64,000 bases of DNA from contig CAYWMD010000027.1 of NCBI GenBank assembly GCA_964458575.1, positions 20,642 to 84,641 on the forward strand, read 5' to 3'. The DNA is from an uncultured Bifidobacteriaceae bacterium (lineage in GTDB: Bacteria > Verrucomicrobiota > Verrucomicrobiia > Limisphaerales > JADLHS01). Positions 50,929 to 60,868 of the stretch are shown in pieces; the first letter of the stretch is position 1; each line of letters opens with the position of its first letter. The notes under the pieces were generated by a model, which was given only the letters and a program-made list of their open reading frames with translations, searched no databases and was not told the origin of the DNA. A program made the position numbers and the translations under genes.

Positions 50929-53900
50929 TTACTCCCCGCTGTCCCCGTTTTCCGCCCGCCGACCCCAGCGTTGCTGGCGCTCCGGCAGGCTCGTGTCCAC
51001 TTTCGCGTAGTAAGTGTCCTCCCCAAACTGCCGGTCGGCGGCCTCCTGAAGCTGGCGCGAGGGCGTCACAAAAAATCGCTCGTGGGTTTCAACAAAGATC
51101 ACCTCGCCCGTCGGCCGCTGAAAGCACAGGAACAACGGACACTTGCCGGCATGCGCGACGACCAGTTCGCGCACCGCCTCAAGTTGTTCCAGCTTGAGGT
51201 GCGCCATCCGCAGACGGAGATGCACCTGTTTCGTAAATTTCCGGGGCGCGTCTTCCAGCAGCATGATTTCCTGCGGGAAAATCTTCGGACGCTCGTCGCC
51301 GGTGTTTACTTCACCGATGACAAGGATGGCTTTGTTCGGTACGAGCAGCTCGCGGTATTTGTCGTAGTTCTCGTTCATGACGAGCACCTGCACCGAACCT
51401 TCCAGGTCTTCGAGCGTCACCATCGAATACGGTTTGCCGCTTTTCTTTGAGACGCCATGTTGTGCCGCGGCGATGAGGCCGCCGATGCGGGTGAGACTGC
51501 GGTTCGGCAATTCAGCGAGCTTGGTAGTAGTGGCGAGGCAATACTTTTGCAGGATGCTGGCGTACGGCGTGAGCGGATGGCCGGTGACGTAGAAGCCAAG
51601 CAGTTCCTTTTCGTGTGCGAGCAGTTCATGCTGCGGCCACTCGGGGAGATTGCTGATGGTTTCGGGCATGGGCGGCGCTTTTTCCTCCAATGCGCCAAAC
51701 AGCGAACTCTGCCCGCGCTGCCGGTCGGCCACGATGCTCGCGGCACGGGCCAGCGTGCGCTCAATCTGCGCGAAGAGGGTTGCGCGCGTCTGACCAAAAC
51801 AATCGCAGGCGCCGCTCTTGATGAGCGCTTCAAGAATCTTCCGGTTTACCGTGCGGCCATCCACGCGTTCGCAGAGATCCGAAAGCGACGTGAACCTGCC
51901 GGTGTCATTCCGGGCCTTGAGGATGGTTTCCACGGCGACTTCGCCCACGCCCTTGATCGCGGCGAGGCCGAAGCGAATCACTTGTTGCGGAGCGCGGTTG
52001 TCCGCGGCCGTAGCACGCCCGGCCGCGGTCCGCCACGCGGGCGCGAAGTGCACGCTGCTTTCGTTCACGTCGGGCTGGAGGACCTCAATGCCGAACGCGC
52101 GCGCCTCGTTGATGTATTGGCTCAACTTGGCGGTGTCGCCCATGTCGTTGGTCATCATCGCGCAGAAAAATTCCACGGGATAATTTGCCTTGAGATAGGC
52201 GGTCTGATACGCGACAACCGCGTAGGCGGCGGCGTGGGACTTATTGAAACCGTAGCCGGCGAACTTCTCCAGCAAATCGAAAATCTGATTCGCCTTGGCC
52301 TTGGGAATGTTGTTTTTCTCGTGGCAGCCTTTGACGAAGGTCTCGCGCTGCTTCTGCATTTCCTCGACCTTCTTCTTGCCCATGGCGCGGCGAAGCAGAT
52401 CCGCGCTGCCGAGCGTGTAGCCAGCCAGGACTTGCGCGGCCTGCATCACCTGCTCCTGATAAATCAAAATGCCGTAGGTCTCGCGGGCGATCGGTTCAAG
52501 CAGCGGATGCTCGTATTTGATTTCGATTTCCCCGTGACGACGCCGGATGAATTCCGGAATGAGTTCCATCGGCCCGGGGCGGTAAAGCGCGACGAGCGCG
52601 GTGATGTGCTCGACGGAACTGATTTGGAACTTGCGGCACAGGTCGCGCATTCCACCGGATTCCAATTGGAAGATGCCGAGCGTGTTCGCCTTGTTGAGCA
52701 GGTCGTAGGTCTTCGCATCATCGAGCGGCAAATGGTCAACATCCACCATGATGTTCTTCGTCTGCCTGACCATTTCGCACGTGTTGCGGATGACGGTGAG
52801 CGTTTTCAGCCCGAGAAAATCCATCTTCAGCAGGCCGAGGTCGCCGACGGGATTCATCGCGTATTGCGTGACGAGGGTGCCGCTGTCGTCCTGCTTGAGC
52901 GGCAGCAGATTCACCAACGGCTCCGGTCCAATGACGACGCCAGCCGCGTGGACGCTAGCGTTGCGTGTCAGGTCTTCCAGGATGAAAGCCGTGTCAATCA
53001 GTTCACGCGTGACTTCCTCGCTTTCGTAAGCCTGTTTGAGTTCCGGCGATTGCTTGAGCGCTTTTTCGAGCGTCATCTTCAGATCCAACGGAATCATCTT
53101 CGCCAAGCGGTCGCACTCGCCGTAACTCAGCCCCATCACGCGGCCCACGTCGCGCACGACCGACTTCGCGCCCATCGTGCCGAACGTGATGATCTGCGCG
53201 ACGGAATCGCGACCATATTTTTCGCGGACATACTCGATGACGTCGGCGCGGCGGTCGTCGGCAAAATCAATGTCAATATCGGGCGGGTTGACGCGTTCGG
53301 GATTCAGGAAGCGTTCGAACAGCAGGCCGTAGCGGATCGGGTCCACGTTGGCGATTTCCAGCAGGTAGGTGACGAGCGACCCGGCGGCGCTGCCACGCGC
53401 GACGCATGCCACGCCCATTTCCCGGCCTTTGCGGACAAAATCGCCGACGATCAGGAAGTAGGAGATGAAGCCGGTCTTCTCAATCACCGCGAGTTCGAGC
53501 TTTAGCCGGTCGAGCACGAGCTTAACCGCTTCCGATTCGTTCGGGATTTTTGGATCGAAGTTCGGCAGCCGTTTCGGGTCGTCAACACTCTCCACAATGA
53601 AATCCTTTCCCTCGGCTTTCGCGTGGATGGTGTATCGCCGGTGTAAACCCTCGGCCAACCATTGGCGCAGGAAACCTTCCCGTGTGAAATGCTCGGGAGG
53701 ATGAAACACCGGGTAATGCAGCCTGCCGAATTCGATTTCCACGTTGCACTTTTCAGCCACCTCCATCGTGTTCTTGACCGCCTCCGGCGTGTCAGCGAAC
53801 CGCGCCTTCATTTCCTCGGCGGAGCGCAGATAGAACTGCTCCGGCACGTAGCCCGCGCTCATGCGCTTGGGATCGCTCAACATTGTCTGCGTGCCGATGC

Positions 53901-54579
53901 ACACCAGGCAATCGTGCGCGTGCGAGTGGCTTTTCTCGACGTAATGAACGTCGTTGGTTGCGACCAGTTTGAGGCCAAATTCCTTCGACCATTGGATCAG
54001 ATGCTGGTTGACCTTGGCTTGTTCCGGCACACCGTGGTTTTGGAGCTCGAGGTAAAAATTGTCCGCGCCGAGCGTTTGCTTAAACCAATCCACCGCGTCA
54101 CGCGCCTTGGAAATCTGGTCCTTCAAAATCTTTTCCGGGATTTCGCTGGCGAGACAACCGGAGAGGGCCAGCAACCCCTGTTTGTGCGCGGCGAGCACCT
54201 CCTTGTCTATGCGCGGCTTGTAGTAATAGCCCTCCAGGTGCGCGGCGGTGACGAGCTTGATGAGGTTTTTGTAGCCGGTTTCGTCCCGGGCCAGCAACAC
54301 GAGGTGGTTGTAAACGTCACGCCCACCGCTGGCGGTCTTCTTTTCCAGCCGGCTGCCGGGTGCAACATAGACCTCGCAGCCAATGATGGGCTTGATGCCC
54401 TTTTCCCGCGCGACCTGGTAAAAATCAATGACCCCGTGCATCGCGCCGTGGTCGGTGATGGCGAGCGCCGGGAATTTCAGTTCATGCGCCTTGTCCAACA
54501 ACCGGTCCAGACGGCACGCGCCATCGAGCAACGAATACTCGGTGTGCAGGTGAAGGTGGACAAAATCCGCATGCGTCAT
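50929..54579 (-). CDS. dnaE: DNA polymerase III alpha subunit
   Basis: PHP domain VHLHLHTEYSLLDGACR, polymerase core and OB-fold. 1216 aa colinear with DnaE. Confidence 0.95.
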   Translation of the reverse strand: MTHADFVHLHLHTEYSLLDGACRLDRLLDKAHELKFPALAITDHGAMHGVIDFYQVAREKGIKPIIGCEVYVAPGSRLEKKTASGGRDVYNHLVLLARDETGYKNLIKLVTAAHLEGYYYKPRIDKEVLAAHKQGLLALSGCLASEIPEKILKDQISKARDAVDWFKQTLGADNFYLELQNHGVPEQAKVNQHLIQWSKEFGLKLVATNDVHYVEKSHSHAHDCLVCIGTQTMLSDPKRMSAGYVPEQFYLRSAEEMKARFADTPEAVKNTMEVAEKCNVEIEFGRLHYPVFHPPEHFTREGFLRQWLAEGLHRRYTIHAKAEGKDFIVESVDDPKRLPNFDPKIPNESEAVKLVLDRLKLELAVIEKTGFISYFLIVGDFVRKGREMGVACVARGSAAGSLVTYLLEIANVDPIRYGLLFERFLNPERVNPPDIDIDFADDRRADVIEYVREKYGRDSVAQIITFGTMGAKSVVRDVGRVMGLSYGECDRLAKMIPLDLKMTLEKALKQSPELKQAYESEEVTRELIDTAFILEDLTRNASVHAAGVVIGPEPLVNLLPLKQDDSGTLVTQYAMNPVGDLGLLKMDFLGLKTLTVIRNTCEMVRQTKNIMVDVDHLPLDDAKTYDLLNKANTLGIFQLESGGMRDLCRKFQISSVEHITALVALYRPGPMELIPEFIRRRHGEIEIKYEHPLLEPIARETYGILIYQEQVMQAAQVLAGYTLGSADLLRRAMGKKKVEEMQKQRETFVKGCHEKNNIPKAKANQIFDLLEKFAGYGFNKSHAAAYAVVAYQTAYLKANYPVEFFCAMMTNDMGDTAKLSQYINEARAFGIEVLQPDVNESSVHFAPAWRTAAGRATAADNRAPQQVIRFGLAAIKGVGEVAVETILKARNDTGRFTSLSDLCERVDGRTVNRKILEALIKSGACDCFGQTRATLFAQIERTLARAASIVADRQRGQSSLFGALEEKAPPMPETISNLPEWPQHELLAHEKELLGFYVTGHPLTPYASILQKYCLATTTKLAELPNRSLTRIGGLIAAAQHGVSKKSGKPYSMVTLEDLEGSVQVLVMNENYDKYRELLVPNKAILVIGEVNTGDERPKIFPQEIMLLEDAPRKFTKQVHLRLRMAHLKLEQLEAVRELVVAHAGKCPLFLCFQRPTGEVIFVETHERFFVTPSRQLQEAADRQFGEDTYYAKVDTSLPERQQRWGRRAENGDSGE

Positions 54580-54702
54580 GCGGAGAAGTTACTCTCCGAC
54601 GGCAAGGGCACGCAAGATTCGGATGTTCACAGGCGGCGAAGGAATTCGGGCCGGGCTGAAATGTGGATCGTTCCGGCGAGCTAGCGTTGGCGGAATCCGG
54701 AT

Positions 54703-55110
54703 TTATGGTGCCGGGATGGTCGCTCCCGGAGCGTAAGGCCCCAACCCGACGCCGTTGGGCAGCAGGGCCTCGGGCGGCGCGCCGACGGGATTGGGGAGGT
54801 AATTCTCGTGAATGACGTCATTGATGCGGCCATGACGGAAGTAGTCGCTCAGGTCGCTGAGGCCGTTCACGATCACGCCCGTGGCTTTGTTACGCTCCAT
54901 GGCCCATTGCTCCTTGGCGCAGTCAATTTCGCGAAGATTCCGGTAAATCACCCCGAGCCGGGAATTATCACGTGCCTTGACAAACAAGGGCATGGCCAAC
55001 GTCGCCAACAAGCCAATGATGGTGACCACGATCATCAATTCGGTCAGTGTGAAACCCGTCCACCGGACGATCCGGGTATCGGGCCGGGAATTGCGGCTGA
55101 AAATCATCAT
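54703..55110 (-). CDS. Prepilin-type N-terminal cleavage/methylation domain protein (pseudopilin-like)
   Basis: RWTG/FTLTELMIVVTIIGLLATLAMP is the class III signal with Glu at +5. Start is probably the MMIFSR methionine. The ORF-track extension to 55197 is unlikely. Confidence 0.7.
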   Translation of the reverse strand: MMIFSRNSRPDTRIVRWTGFTLTELMIVVTIIGLLATLAMPLFVKARDNSRLGVIYRNLREIDCAKEQWAMERNKATGVIVNGLSDLSDYFRHGRINDVIHENYLPNPVGAPPEALLPNGVGLGPYAPGATIPAP

Positions 55111-55244
55111 AATCTCACAGCCGGGAGATTGCAGCTTCCGTGCCGCCGACCGGCGTCCGTAGCTGGCCCGAAACGATTCGGCGGAAGCAGTTGGCACAAC
55201 TCTCCTGTTTCCGGCGAAATGGCGCGACGCAGAGCGATGCTGGC

Positions 55245-56639
55245 TTAAATCGAGACAGATTCCTTGTAATCGGGCACAATCACTTCGGCGCTGGGCTTGA
55301 GCGCCCGCAGGGTCGAAGCGAACGCCATGGCCTGGGATTCCTCACCGTGGACCACGCTGATCTTCTTAATGTCACCGCCAAGCCGCCCGACGTACCGGAG
55401 CAATTCAGTCTTATCCGCGTGACCGGAGTAGGAGTCAATGGAGCCAACCCGGGCACGCACGACATTGGGTTCCCCGAAGATGTTGACGGGGCTTTTGCCG
55501 GCCAGGATTTGCGCGCCCAAAGTGTGCTCCGCACAGTAACCGATAAAGAGGATCAGGTTCTTCGGGTCGCCGATGTTGTTGCGCAAATGGTGACGAATGC
55601 GGCCGCCTTCGGCCATGCCCGAGGCGCTGATGATGATGGCGGGTTCCTTGAGGTCGTTAAGTTTCATCGAATGTGTGACTTCCCGGATGTAGGTGAGGTT
55701 TTCCATGCCGAAGGGGTTTTCCTTTTCGCGCAAGAATTTGTAGATCGCATCGTTGAAGCACTCCGGATGCAGGCGGTAGATCTCCGTGGCGTTCACGCTC
55801 AACGGACTGTCCACGAAAATCGGCACGCGCGGCAGGCGACCGGCCAGCGCCAGTTCGTGGAGCACGTAAACAATCTGCTGCGTGCGCCCCACGGAAAACG
55901 CCGGGATGATGACCTTGCCCCTTTTCTCCACGGTGTCGCACACGAAACGGCAGACCGCTTCATCCGCGTCCCCGCGCGGCGAGTGTTCGCGGTCGCCGTA
56001 GGTGGATTCGACCTGGAGATAATCCACGTCTTCAACCGGCTCAGGATCGCGCAGGATGTCGTCCTGATCGCGGCCCACGTCGCCGCTGAACAAATAGCGG
56101 AACTTCCGTCCGTTTTCGCGAACATCCAGCACCACCTGGGCCGAACCCAAAATATGTCCCGCATCACGAAACGTCACCGTCACGCCGTCCGCCACCGGAA
56201 AGGGGCGGTTGTAATTGAACGTGACGAACTGGCGGATGGATTTCTCCGCTTCCGTCGCCGTGTAAAGCGGCTCCACGGGCGGCAGCCCCTGTTTTGCGCG
56301 TTTCTTCGACACGAACGCGGCGTCATCGGCCTGAATGCCCGCCGAATCTTCAAGCATGATGCTGGCGAGATCGCGCGTGGCGAACGTGCAGTAGATGTTG
56401 CCCTCGAAGCCCTGGCGGCAAAGGTTGGGCAGGTTGCCGCAATGATCAATGTGCGCGTGACTCAAAATCACCGCGCCGAGTTCTTTCGGGTCAAAGGGGA
56501 AGTTACGGTTGCGTTCGATGGACTCACCCCGCCGGCCCTGAAACAATCCGCATTCCAGCAACAGCCGCTGCCCGTTGATCTCCAGCAAAAACATCGAGCC
56601 GGTCGTCGTGCGCGTGGCGCCGAAGAAGTGAACTCGCAT
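55245..56639 (-). CDS. MBL-fold metallo-hydrolase of the beta-CASP RNA-metabolising family (RNase J / CPSF73-like)
   Basis: HAHIDHCG (motif 2), beta-CASP region and C-terminal SGHAD. Start re-placed at the ATG 56639 (MRVHFFG) because the upstream extension overlaps infA. Confidence 0.8.
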   Translation of the reverse strand: MRVHFFGATRTTTGSMFLLEINGQRLLLECGLFQGRRGESIERNRNFPFDPKELGAVILSHAHIDHCGNLPNLCRQGFEGNIYCTFATRDLASIMLEDSAGIQADDAAFVSKKRAKQGLPPVEPLYTATEAEKSIRQFVTFNYNRPFPVADGVTVTFRDAGHILGSAQVVLDVRENGRKFRYLFSGDVGRDQDDILRDPEPVEDVDYLQVESTYGDREHSPRGDADEAVCRFVCDTVEKRGKVIIPAFSVGRTQQIVYVLHELALAGRLPRVPIFVDSPLSVNATEIYRLHPECFNDAIYKFLREKENPFGMENLTYIREVTHSMKLNDLKEPAIIISASGMAEGGRIRHHLRNNIGDPKNLILFIGYCAEHTLGAQILAGKSPVNIFGEPNVVRARVGSIDSYSGHADKTELLRYVGRLGGDIKKISVVHGEESQAMAFASTLRALKPSAEVIVPDYKESVSI

Positions 56640-56728
56640 GCCGTCAAGATGCGGACCGGGCCCGGGTTGTCGAGCGTGGAAACATTGACGGAACGAAAAA
56701 GTCCAACCCGTCGGCGAACCGGCTGCCG

Positions 56729-56959
56729 TCAGGTAACGCGAAAGGTGATCCGTGCCTTGCCGAGGTCGTAGGGCGACATTTCGACTTTCACCTTGTCGCC
56801 GACGCTGATGCGGATGAAGTTCTTTCGCATCTTGCCGGAGATATGGGCCAGAACTTCGTGCCCGTTGGGCAGGGCCACGCGAAACATCGTTCCTGGCAGG
56901 ACTTGGGTCACTGCGCCCGTTAATTCGATTGGTTCTTCTTTCGCCACGCGGTTTGCCAA
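56729..56959 (-). CDS. infA: Translation initiation factor IF-1
   Basis: [68 protein letters not shown] is nearly invariant IF-1. Confidence 0.95.
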   Translation of the reverse strand: MANRVAKEEPIELTGAVTQVLPGTMFRVALPNGHEVLAHISGKMRKNFIRISVGDKVKVEMSPYDLGKARITFRVT

Positions 56960-57090
56960 CTGAAAAACGGGAGGAGCTTAAAGGGCGCGAGCCGGTGGAA
57001 TCAATACTTTTCCCGTCAAACCGCCATCGGGTAAAATCGGTCAAAAAACACCTTGGCCCTGGGGCTGGAAACCACTAAAGTCACTCCCGA

Positions 57091-57381
57091 ATGAAATCCG
57101 AAAAAATAGGTTCCACGCTCAACCTGGTCCTGGCCATCAGCTTGATCGTCCTGGCTCTCTTGTGCGTCCAATATTATTTCAAGTCCAAGGAGTTGCGTAA
57201 CTTCCAAACCACGGTCGCCGCCTACCAGAACCGGAAGGCCCAATTGAACATGCTGGTCGCGGACCTGGCGGAGTACGGCAAAACGCATCCCGCGATTCAC
57301 CCGCTGTTGGAATCGGCCGGAATCCCGGTCGTCAAACCGAATCCTGCCACCCCAAGCAGCGCAACGAAATCTTCCAAGTAA
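57091..57381 (+). CDS. Hypothetical small membrane protein (paralogue A)
   Basis: One TM helix (LNLVLAISLIVLALLCV). Motif LAEYGKTHPAIHPLLESAGIPV is shared with the next ORF. Confidence 0.5.
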   Translation: MKSEKIGSTLNLVLAISLIVLALLCVQYYFKSKELRNFQTTVAAYQNRKAQLNMLVADLAEYGKTHPAIHPLLESAGIPVVKPNPATPSSATKSSK

Positions 57382-57389
57382 AACATCCC

Positions 57390-57794
57390 ATGAGCGAAAT
57401 TCCTTCCGTTCCCACTGGGTCGGCTGAAAACGAGGAGCTTAAGCGCCAGGTTGCCTCGCTCCGCGATTTGACGGTCAAACTTCAATACAGCCTCATTGCT
57501 TTCACCTGGATCGTCGGTCTGTTTCTTTTCACCCAGGTTTGGCGCGCCTACAAGGATGTCAACGCCGCCCGTCCGCAGGTCAGTCAGATCGTGGAAATGG
57601 CGCGGCGCGAACAGGCGGGCATCGAGCAATTCGCGGGCAGTCTCGCGGAGTTTGGCCGCACCCACGTGGATTTTCGTCCGATCCTGACCAAGTACGGGAT
57701 TCAGATCCCGGCGACGCCCGTCGCCGCGCCCGCCGCGCCTGCGGGCACAACGGCTGCTCCCAAACCGGCCCCGGCGCCGACGCAAAAAAAATAG
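57390..57794 (+). CDS. Hypothetical small membrane protein (paralogue B)
   Basis: One TM helix (LIAFTWIVGLFLFTQVW). Motif LAEFGRTHVDFRPILTKYGIQIPA. Pro/Ala-rich tail. Confidence 0.5.
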   Translation: MSEIPSVPTGSAENEELKRQVASLRDLTVKLQYSLIAFTWIVGLFLFTQVWRAYKDVNAARPQVSQIVEMARREQAGIEQFAGSLAEFGRTHVDFRPILTKYGIQIPATPVAAPAAPAGTTAAPKPAPAPTQKK

Positions 57795-57800
57795 CGTTCT

Positions 57801-58211
57801 TTAGTTGCCGACCGGCTTCGCCGTCAGACGCGTCCCGCACGAAAAACAATAATTCGAGTGCGGCGGACAAATGTTCCCGCAGCCCGGACAATCGAGATGC
57901 GCCTCCTTGTGTCGCCGGTGGATGATCAGATTGCGGATGTAGGGAATCCACGTGAACGCGTAGGCAAAGATAAACACGGAGTCCCGCTGATAAAACAGCG
58001 CGTAGCTCAACAACAGCACTGACCCCAGCAGGCTCAACCACCAAAATGCCGTCGGCACCACCACGCGTTTGAGCCGCTCGGTCGCGTACCATTGCACGAA
58101 AAAGCGGGAAAAGAAGACCGCGTTTCCCAGCCAGCCGACCACCTTCCACCAGTGCCAGTCAATGCCGAGAAACTTGCCGTCAAACCAGAGTAAATTCGTC
58201 AGCCAGTCCAT
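57801..58211 (-). CDS. Lipid-A-biosynthesis N-terminal (LAB_N) domain membrane protein with C-terminal zinc ribbon
   Basis: AVFFSRFFVQWYATERLKRVVVPTAFWWLSLLGSVLLLSYALFYQRD matches the LAB_N pattern. C-terminal CPGCGNICPPHSNYCFSCG zinc ribbon. Confidence 0.55.
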   Translation of the reverse strand: MDWLTNLLWFDGKFLGIDWHWWKVVGWLGNAVFFSRFFVQWYATERLKRVVVPTAFWWLSLLGSVLLLSYALFYQRDSVFIFAYAFTWIPYIRNLIIHRRHKEAHLDCPGCGNICPPHSNYCFSCGTRLTAKPVGN

Positions 58212-58358
58212 ACGCCGGCAGCTTAGAACATCAGCCGGAAACGGGAAGACTGAATTCTCCCTTCCGGAAGCCTCCGGTGCGCAGGTCAGCGAGGACCGCT
58301 TGCTTCAATGCGGTTCGTTCCTGGCAACGGCCGAATCGCTTCGCTTCGAAGCCCTTTG

Positions 58359-59684
58359 TCAGGCCATCGGCGGCGACGCGGTTTCCGAACGCAACCGCCA
58401 GTCGGAGTCCTGCTTCAGGTAGAGCGTCTGCGTCGGGAAGGCAAAATTGATCTTCTCGTTGTCGAACCGCTCCTTGAGCGAAAGATTCATCTCCTGCAAT
58501 GCAGCGAGGCACGCCTTCATGTCCGTGCCGTTCCACCAGTGGACCACGAGAATGTTGAGGGAGGAACTCTCAAACTTGTTGAAACTCATGACCAGGTCTG
58601 CGGTCTGGGCATGGCCGCGAAACACCTCTTCGATCAGTTTCAGCGCCAGCTTCACCTTGTCCACCGGAGTATCATAGGTGATGCCGATGTTCATCACCGT
58701 TTTGATGTTTGGCCGGGCGGCAATGTTGATGATGGTGGCATTGCCCATGGTTTTGTTCGGGATGGTGACGAGATAGCCGTCCAGGTTGCGAATGCGCGTG
58801 CTGCGCAGACCGATGGTCTCGACCGAACCGTCAACGGCGTCTATCTGGATGCGGTCGCCGATCTTGAAGGGCTTGTCGAGGAAGATGGCGACGGCCCCGA
58901 AGAGATTCGCCAGGGTATCCTGCGCCGCGAGACCCACCGCCAGACCGCCGATGGACAGGGACGCGATGGCCGCGGTGATATTGACACCCATGTGCCCCAG
59001 CGTCGTCAGCACCGCGATCACGACCACGAAAACCTTCAGCGTCTTCCGCACGATGGGCAGCAACTGTTGATTGAAGGCCTCGTCGTCCTTGCTCGCCGCC
59101 CGTTCCTTCCAGTAACCCATCAGCAGATCAACAAATTTCAACACCATGTAGGTGAGCGAAACCGCCACGATGATGGTGAACACTTTGGCCAGCACGTTCT
59201 CCACAATCTCCGGCCAATCGAACACGTCCAGCCCGATCCGGAGGAAGATGACGAAGGAAACCACCTTGACCGGCCCGTGCAGCAGGTTCAACAGCAGATC
59301 GTCAAACTTGGTGGCCGTTTTCTCGGCCCATTTTTTCAGCCAAACGCGCGTCAAAAAGTCCAGCAGCTTGGAGACATAGAACGCCAGAAAGATGTAAATC
59401 AGCGAAAAAAGGTATTTCCACAATTCATTGCCCCACCATTGCGATTTCAGAACTGGGAATGTGCCGGCCAGGGTTTCCACCCAGGCGGGCGTTTCAACCG
59501 GTGGTTTGCTGCGGGCGAGCGGTGCGGCATTGGTGGCGGTTTGGGTGCTTGCACTGAGCGCGGCCTCCGGTGCAGCGGCAGACAGCTTGGTTTCCTGCGC
59601 CATCGAACGCCAGACCGACCAAACCAGCATCAAGCAGAGCAAAAACAAGAAGCTGCGATACATGAATTCCAATTTCTTTTGCAT
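58359..59684 (-). CDS. Mechanosensitive ion channel, MscS family
   Basis: TM3/pore helix LSIGGLAVGLAAQDTLANLFGAVAIFLDKPFKIGDRIQI and the beta-domain GSVETIGLRSTRIRNLDGYLVTIPNKTM. Confidence 0.85.
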   Translation of the reverse strand: MQKKLEFMYRSFLFLLCLMLVWSVWRSMAQETKLSAAAPEAALSASTQTATNAAPLARSKPPVETPAWVETLAGTFPVLKSQWWGNELWKYLFSLIYIFLAFYVSKLLDFLTRVWLKKWAEKTATKFDDLLLNLLHGPVKVVSFVIFLRIGLDVFDWPEIVENVLAKVFTIIVAVSLTYMVLKFVDLLMGYWKERAASKDDEAFNQQLLPIVRKTLKVFVVVIAVLTTLGHMGVNITAAIASLSIGGLAVGLAAQDTLANLFGAVAIFLDKPFKIGDRIQIDAVDGSVETIGLRSTRIRNLDGYLVTIPNKTMGNATIINIAARPNIKTVMNIGITYDTPVDKVKLALKLIEEVFRGHAQTADLVMSFNKFESSSLNILVVHWWNGTDMKACLAALQEMNLSLKERFDNEKINFAFPTQTLYLKQDSDWRLRSETASPPMA

Positions 59685-59735
59685 CCTCGAATTAAAAACC
59701 AGAACCCGACAGGTGACAAGCAGGAGAGAGGAAGA

Positions 59736-59945
59736 TCAACCACCCGCCACGATCTTCACGATTTCCAACCGGTCGCCCGGCTGGAGCTGGCGGTGCGCGA
59801 ACTCGGACGGCGCGACGGCGGCGCCGTTATGCTCCACCACGACGCTGCGCGGCAACAACCCTTGCGCGACCAAAAAAGCTTCGATGGTGCAAGGCAGGTT
59901 CGCCTCGACCGGTTTGCCGTTGGCCACCACAAATGTCGGTTTCAC
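59736..59945 (-). CDS. thiS: Sulfur-carrier protein ThiS
   Basis: 69 aa ubiquitin-like beta-grasp ending in IVKIVAGG. Confidence 0.75.
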   Translation of the reverse strand: MKPTFVVANGKPVEANLPCTIEAFLVAQGLLPRSVVVEHNGAAVAPSEFAHRQLQPGDRLEIVKIVAGG

Positions 59946-60839
59946 TCACACCAGCGTTATCAGACTCACCTCGGGCGGGCAATTGAAACGCACACCCCAA
60001 AGATTGCCCACGCCGCGCGTCACGTGAACCCAGCGGCCTTCCCATTCCCGCAACCCCGCCACAAATCGCTTGTCCCGCACCGACGACACGGGCGCGCCGA
60101 TGAATGGCAGAACCACCTGACCGCCGTGCGTGTGGCCGCTGAGGAGCAAATCCCACACATAAGGCCGCAGGTAATCCTTGGAGTCCGGATTGTGCGAGAG
60201 GACGATGGTTCGCTCCGCATTCGGATCCGGCCGCGCAAAAGCGATCATGGGCTGCATCTCGCCCGCCCAGAGATCGCCCAAACCCACGATCCTCAAATTA
60301 CAGTCGCGCACGCGAATGGTTTGCGCCGAGTTGTGCAGCAGCGCGGCGCCGGCTTTGGCCAGCACCTCGCGCACCCGGCTGGAGTCCGTATAACCGCGCC
60401 GCTGCGCCGCCCAACGCCCGCCGTCATGATTCCCCAGACACGCAAACGTTGGCGCGTGTGCCGCCAGCGGCTTGAGCACCTCCGCGTATCCATCCAGATG
60501 GTGATAGCCCCTCGTGATGAAATCACCGGTCAAACAAATCAGGTCCGGCTGTAACTCCAATCCCGTCCGGACTGCCTCGCCGATGAAATCCAGACTCACG
60601 ACGCGCGAGGCGTGCAGGTCGGAAAGCTGCAAAATCTTCAACGGCTTGCCGCTCCGGCCTGTTGGCAAATTCACCGTGTGCCGGCCGATCACCAGCCAAT
60701 GAGGTTCAACCACGCGCACATAAAACCCGCTGCCGGCCGCACAAATACCCACGGTCGCCAGAAACTTCCGTCGCGTGAGGCTCTTTTGGAAAAACTTCAC
60801 TGGGATGTGACAACGCGCGGCCGGAAACTGCACAAACAA
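59946..60839 (-). CDS. Metallophosphoesterase (calcineurin-like, YkuE-type) with Tat signal
   Basis: Tat TRRKFLATVG. Metal ligands LSDLHAS, LTGDFITRG, GNHDG and GHTHGGQ. Confidence 0.8.
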   Translation of the reverse strand: MFVQFPAARCHIPVKFFQKSLTRRKFLATVGICAAGSGFYVRVVEPHWLVIGRHTVNLPTGRSGKPLKILQLSDLHASRVVSLDFIGEAVRTGLELQPDLICLTGDFITRGYHHLDGYAEVLKPLAAHAPTFACLGNHDGGRWAAQRRGYTDSSRVREVLAKAGAALLHNSAQTIRVRDCNLRIVGLGDLWAGEMQPMIAFARPDPNAERTIVLSHNPDSKDYLRPYVWDLLLSGHTHGGQVVLPFIGAPVSSVRDKRFVAGLREWEGRWVHVTRGVGNLWGVRFNCPPEVSLITLV

Positions 60840-60868
60840 TCACGGCCGACCGAATGTCATTCATCGAA

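Noticed and set aside
51457-53505. 682-aa plus-strand ORF inside dnaE
   Set aside because: It is antisense to an unambiguous DnaE sequence.
55140-56771. 543-aa plus-strand ORF opposite the beta-CASP hydrolase and infA
   Set aside because: It is antisense to two conserved genes.
56640-57044. N-terminal extension of the beta-CASP ORF to 57044 (599 aa)
   Set aside because: The extension overlaps infA on the same strand and is Arg/Ser-rich. An internal ATG at 56639 gives a normal MBL N-terminus.
58308-60554. 748-aa plus-strand ORF spanning the MscS, thiS and metallophosphoesterase region
   Set aside because: It is antisense to three independently recognisable genes and has low-complexity Arg/His-rich content.
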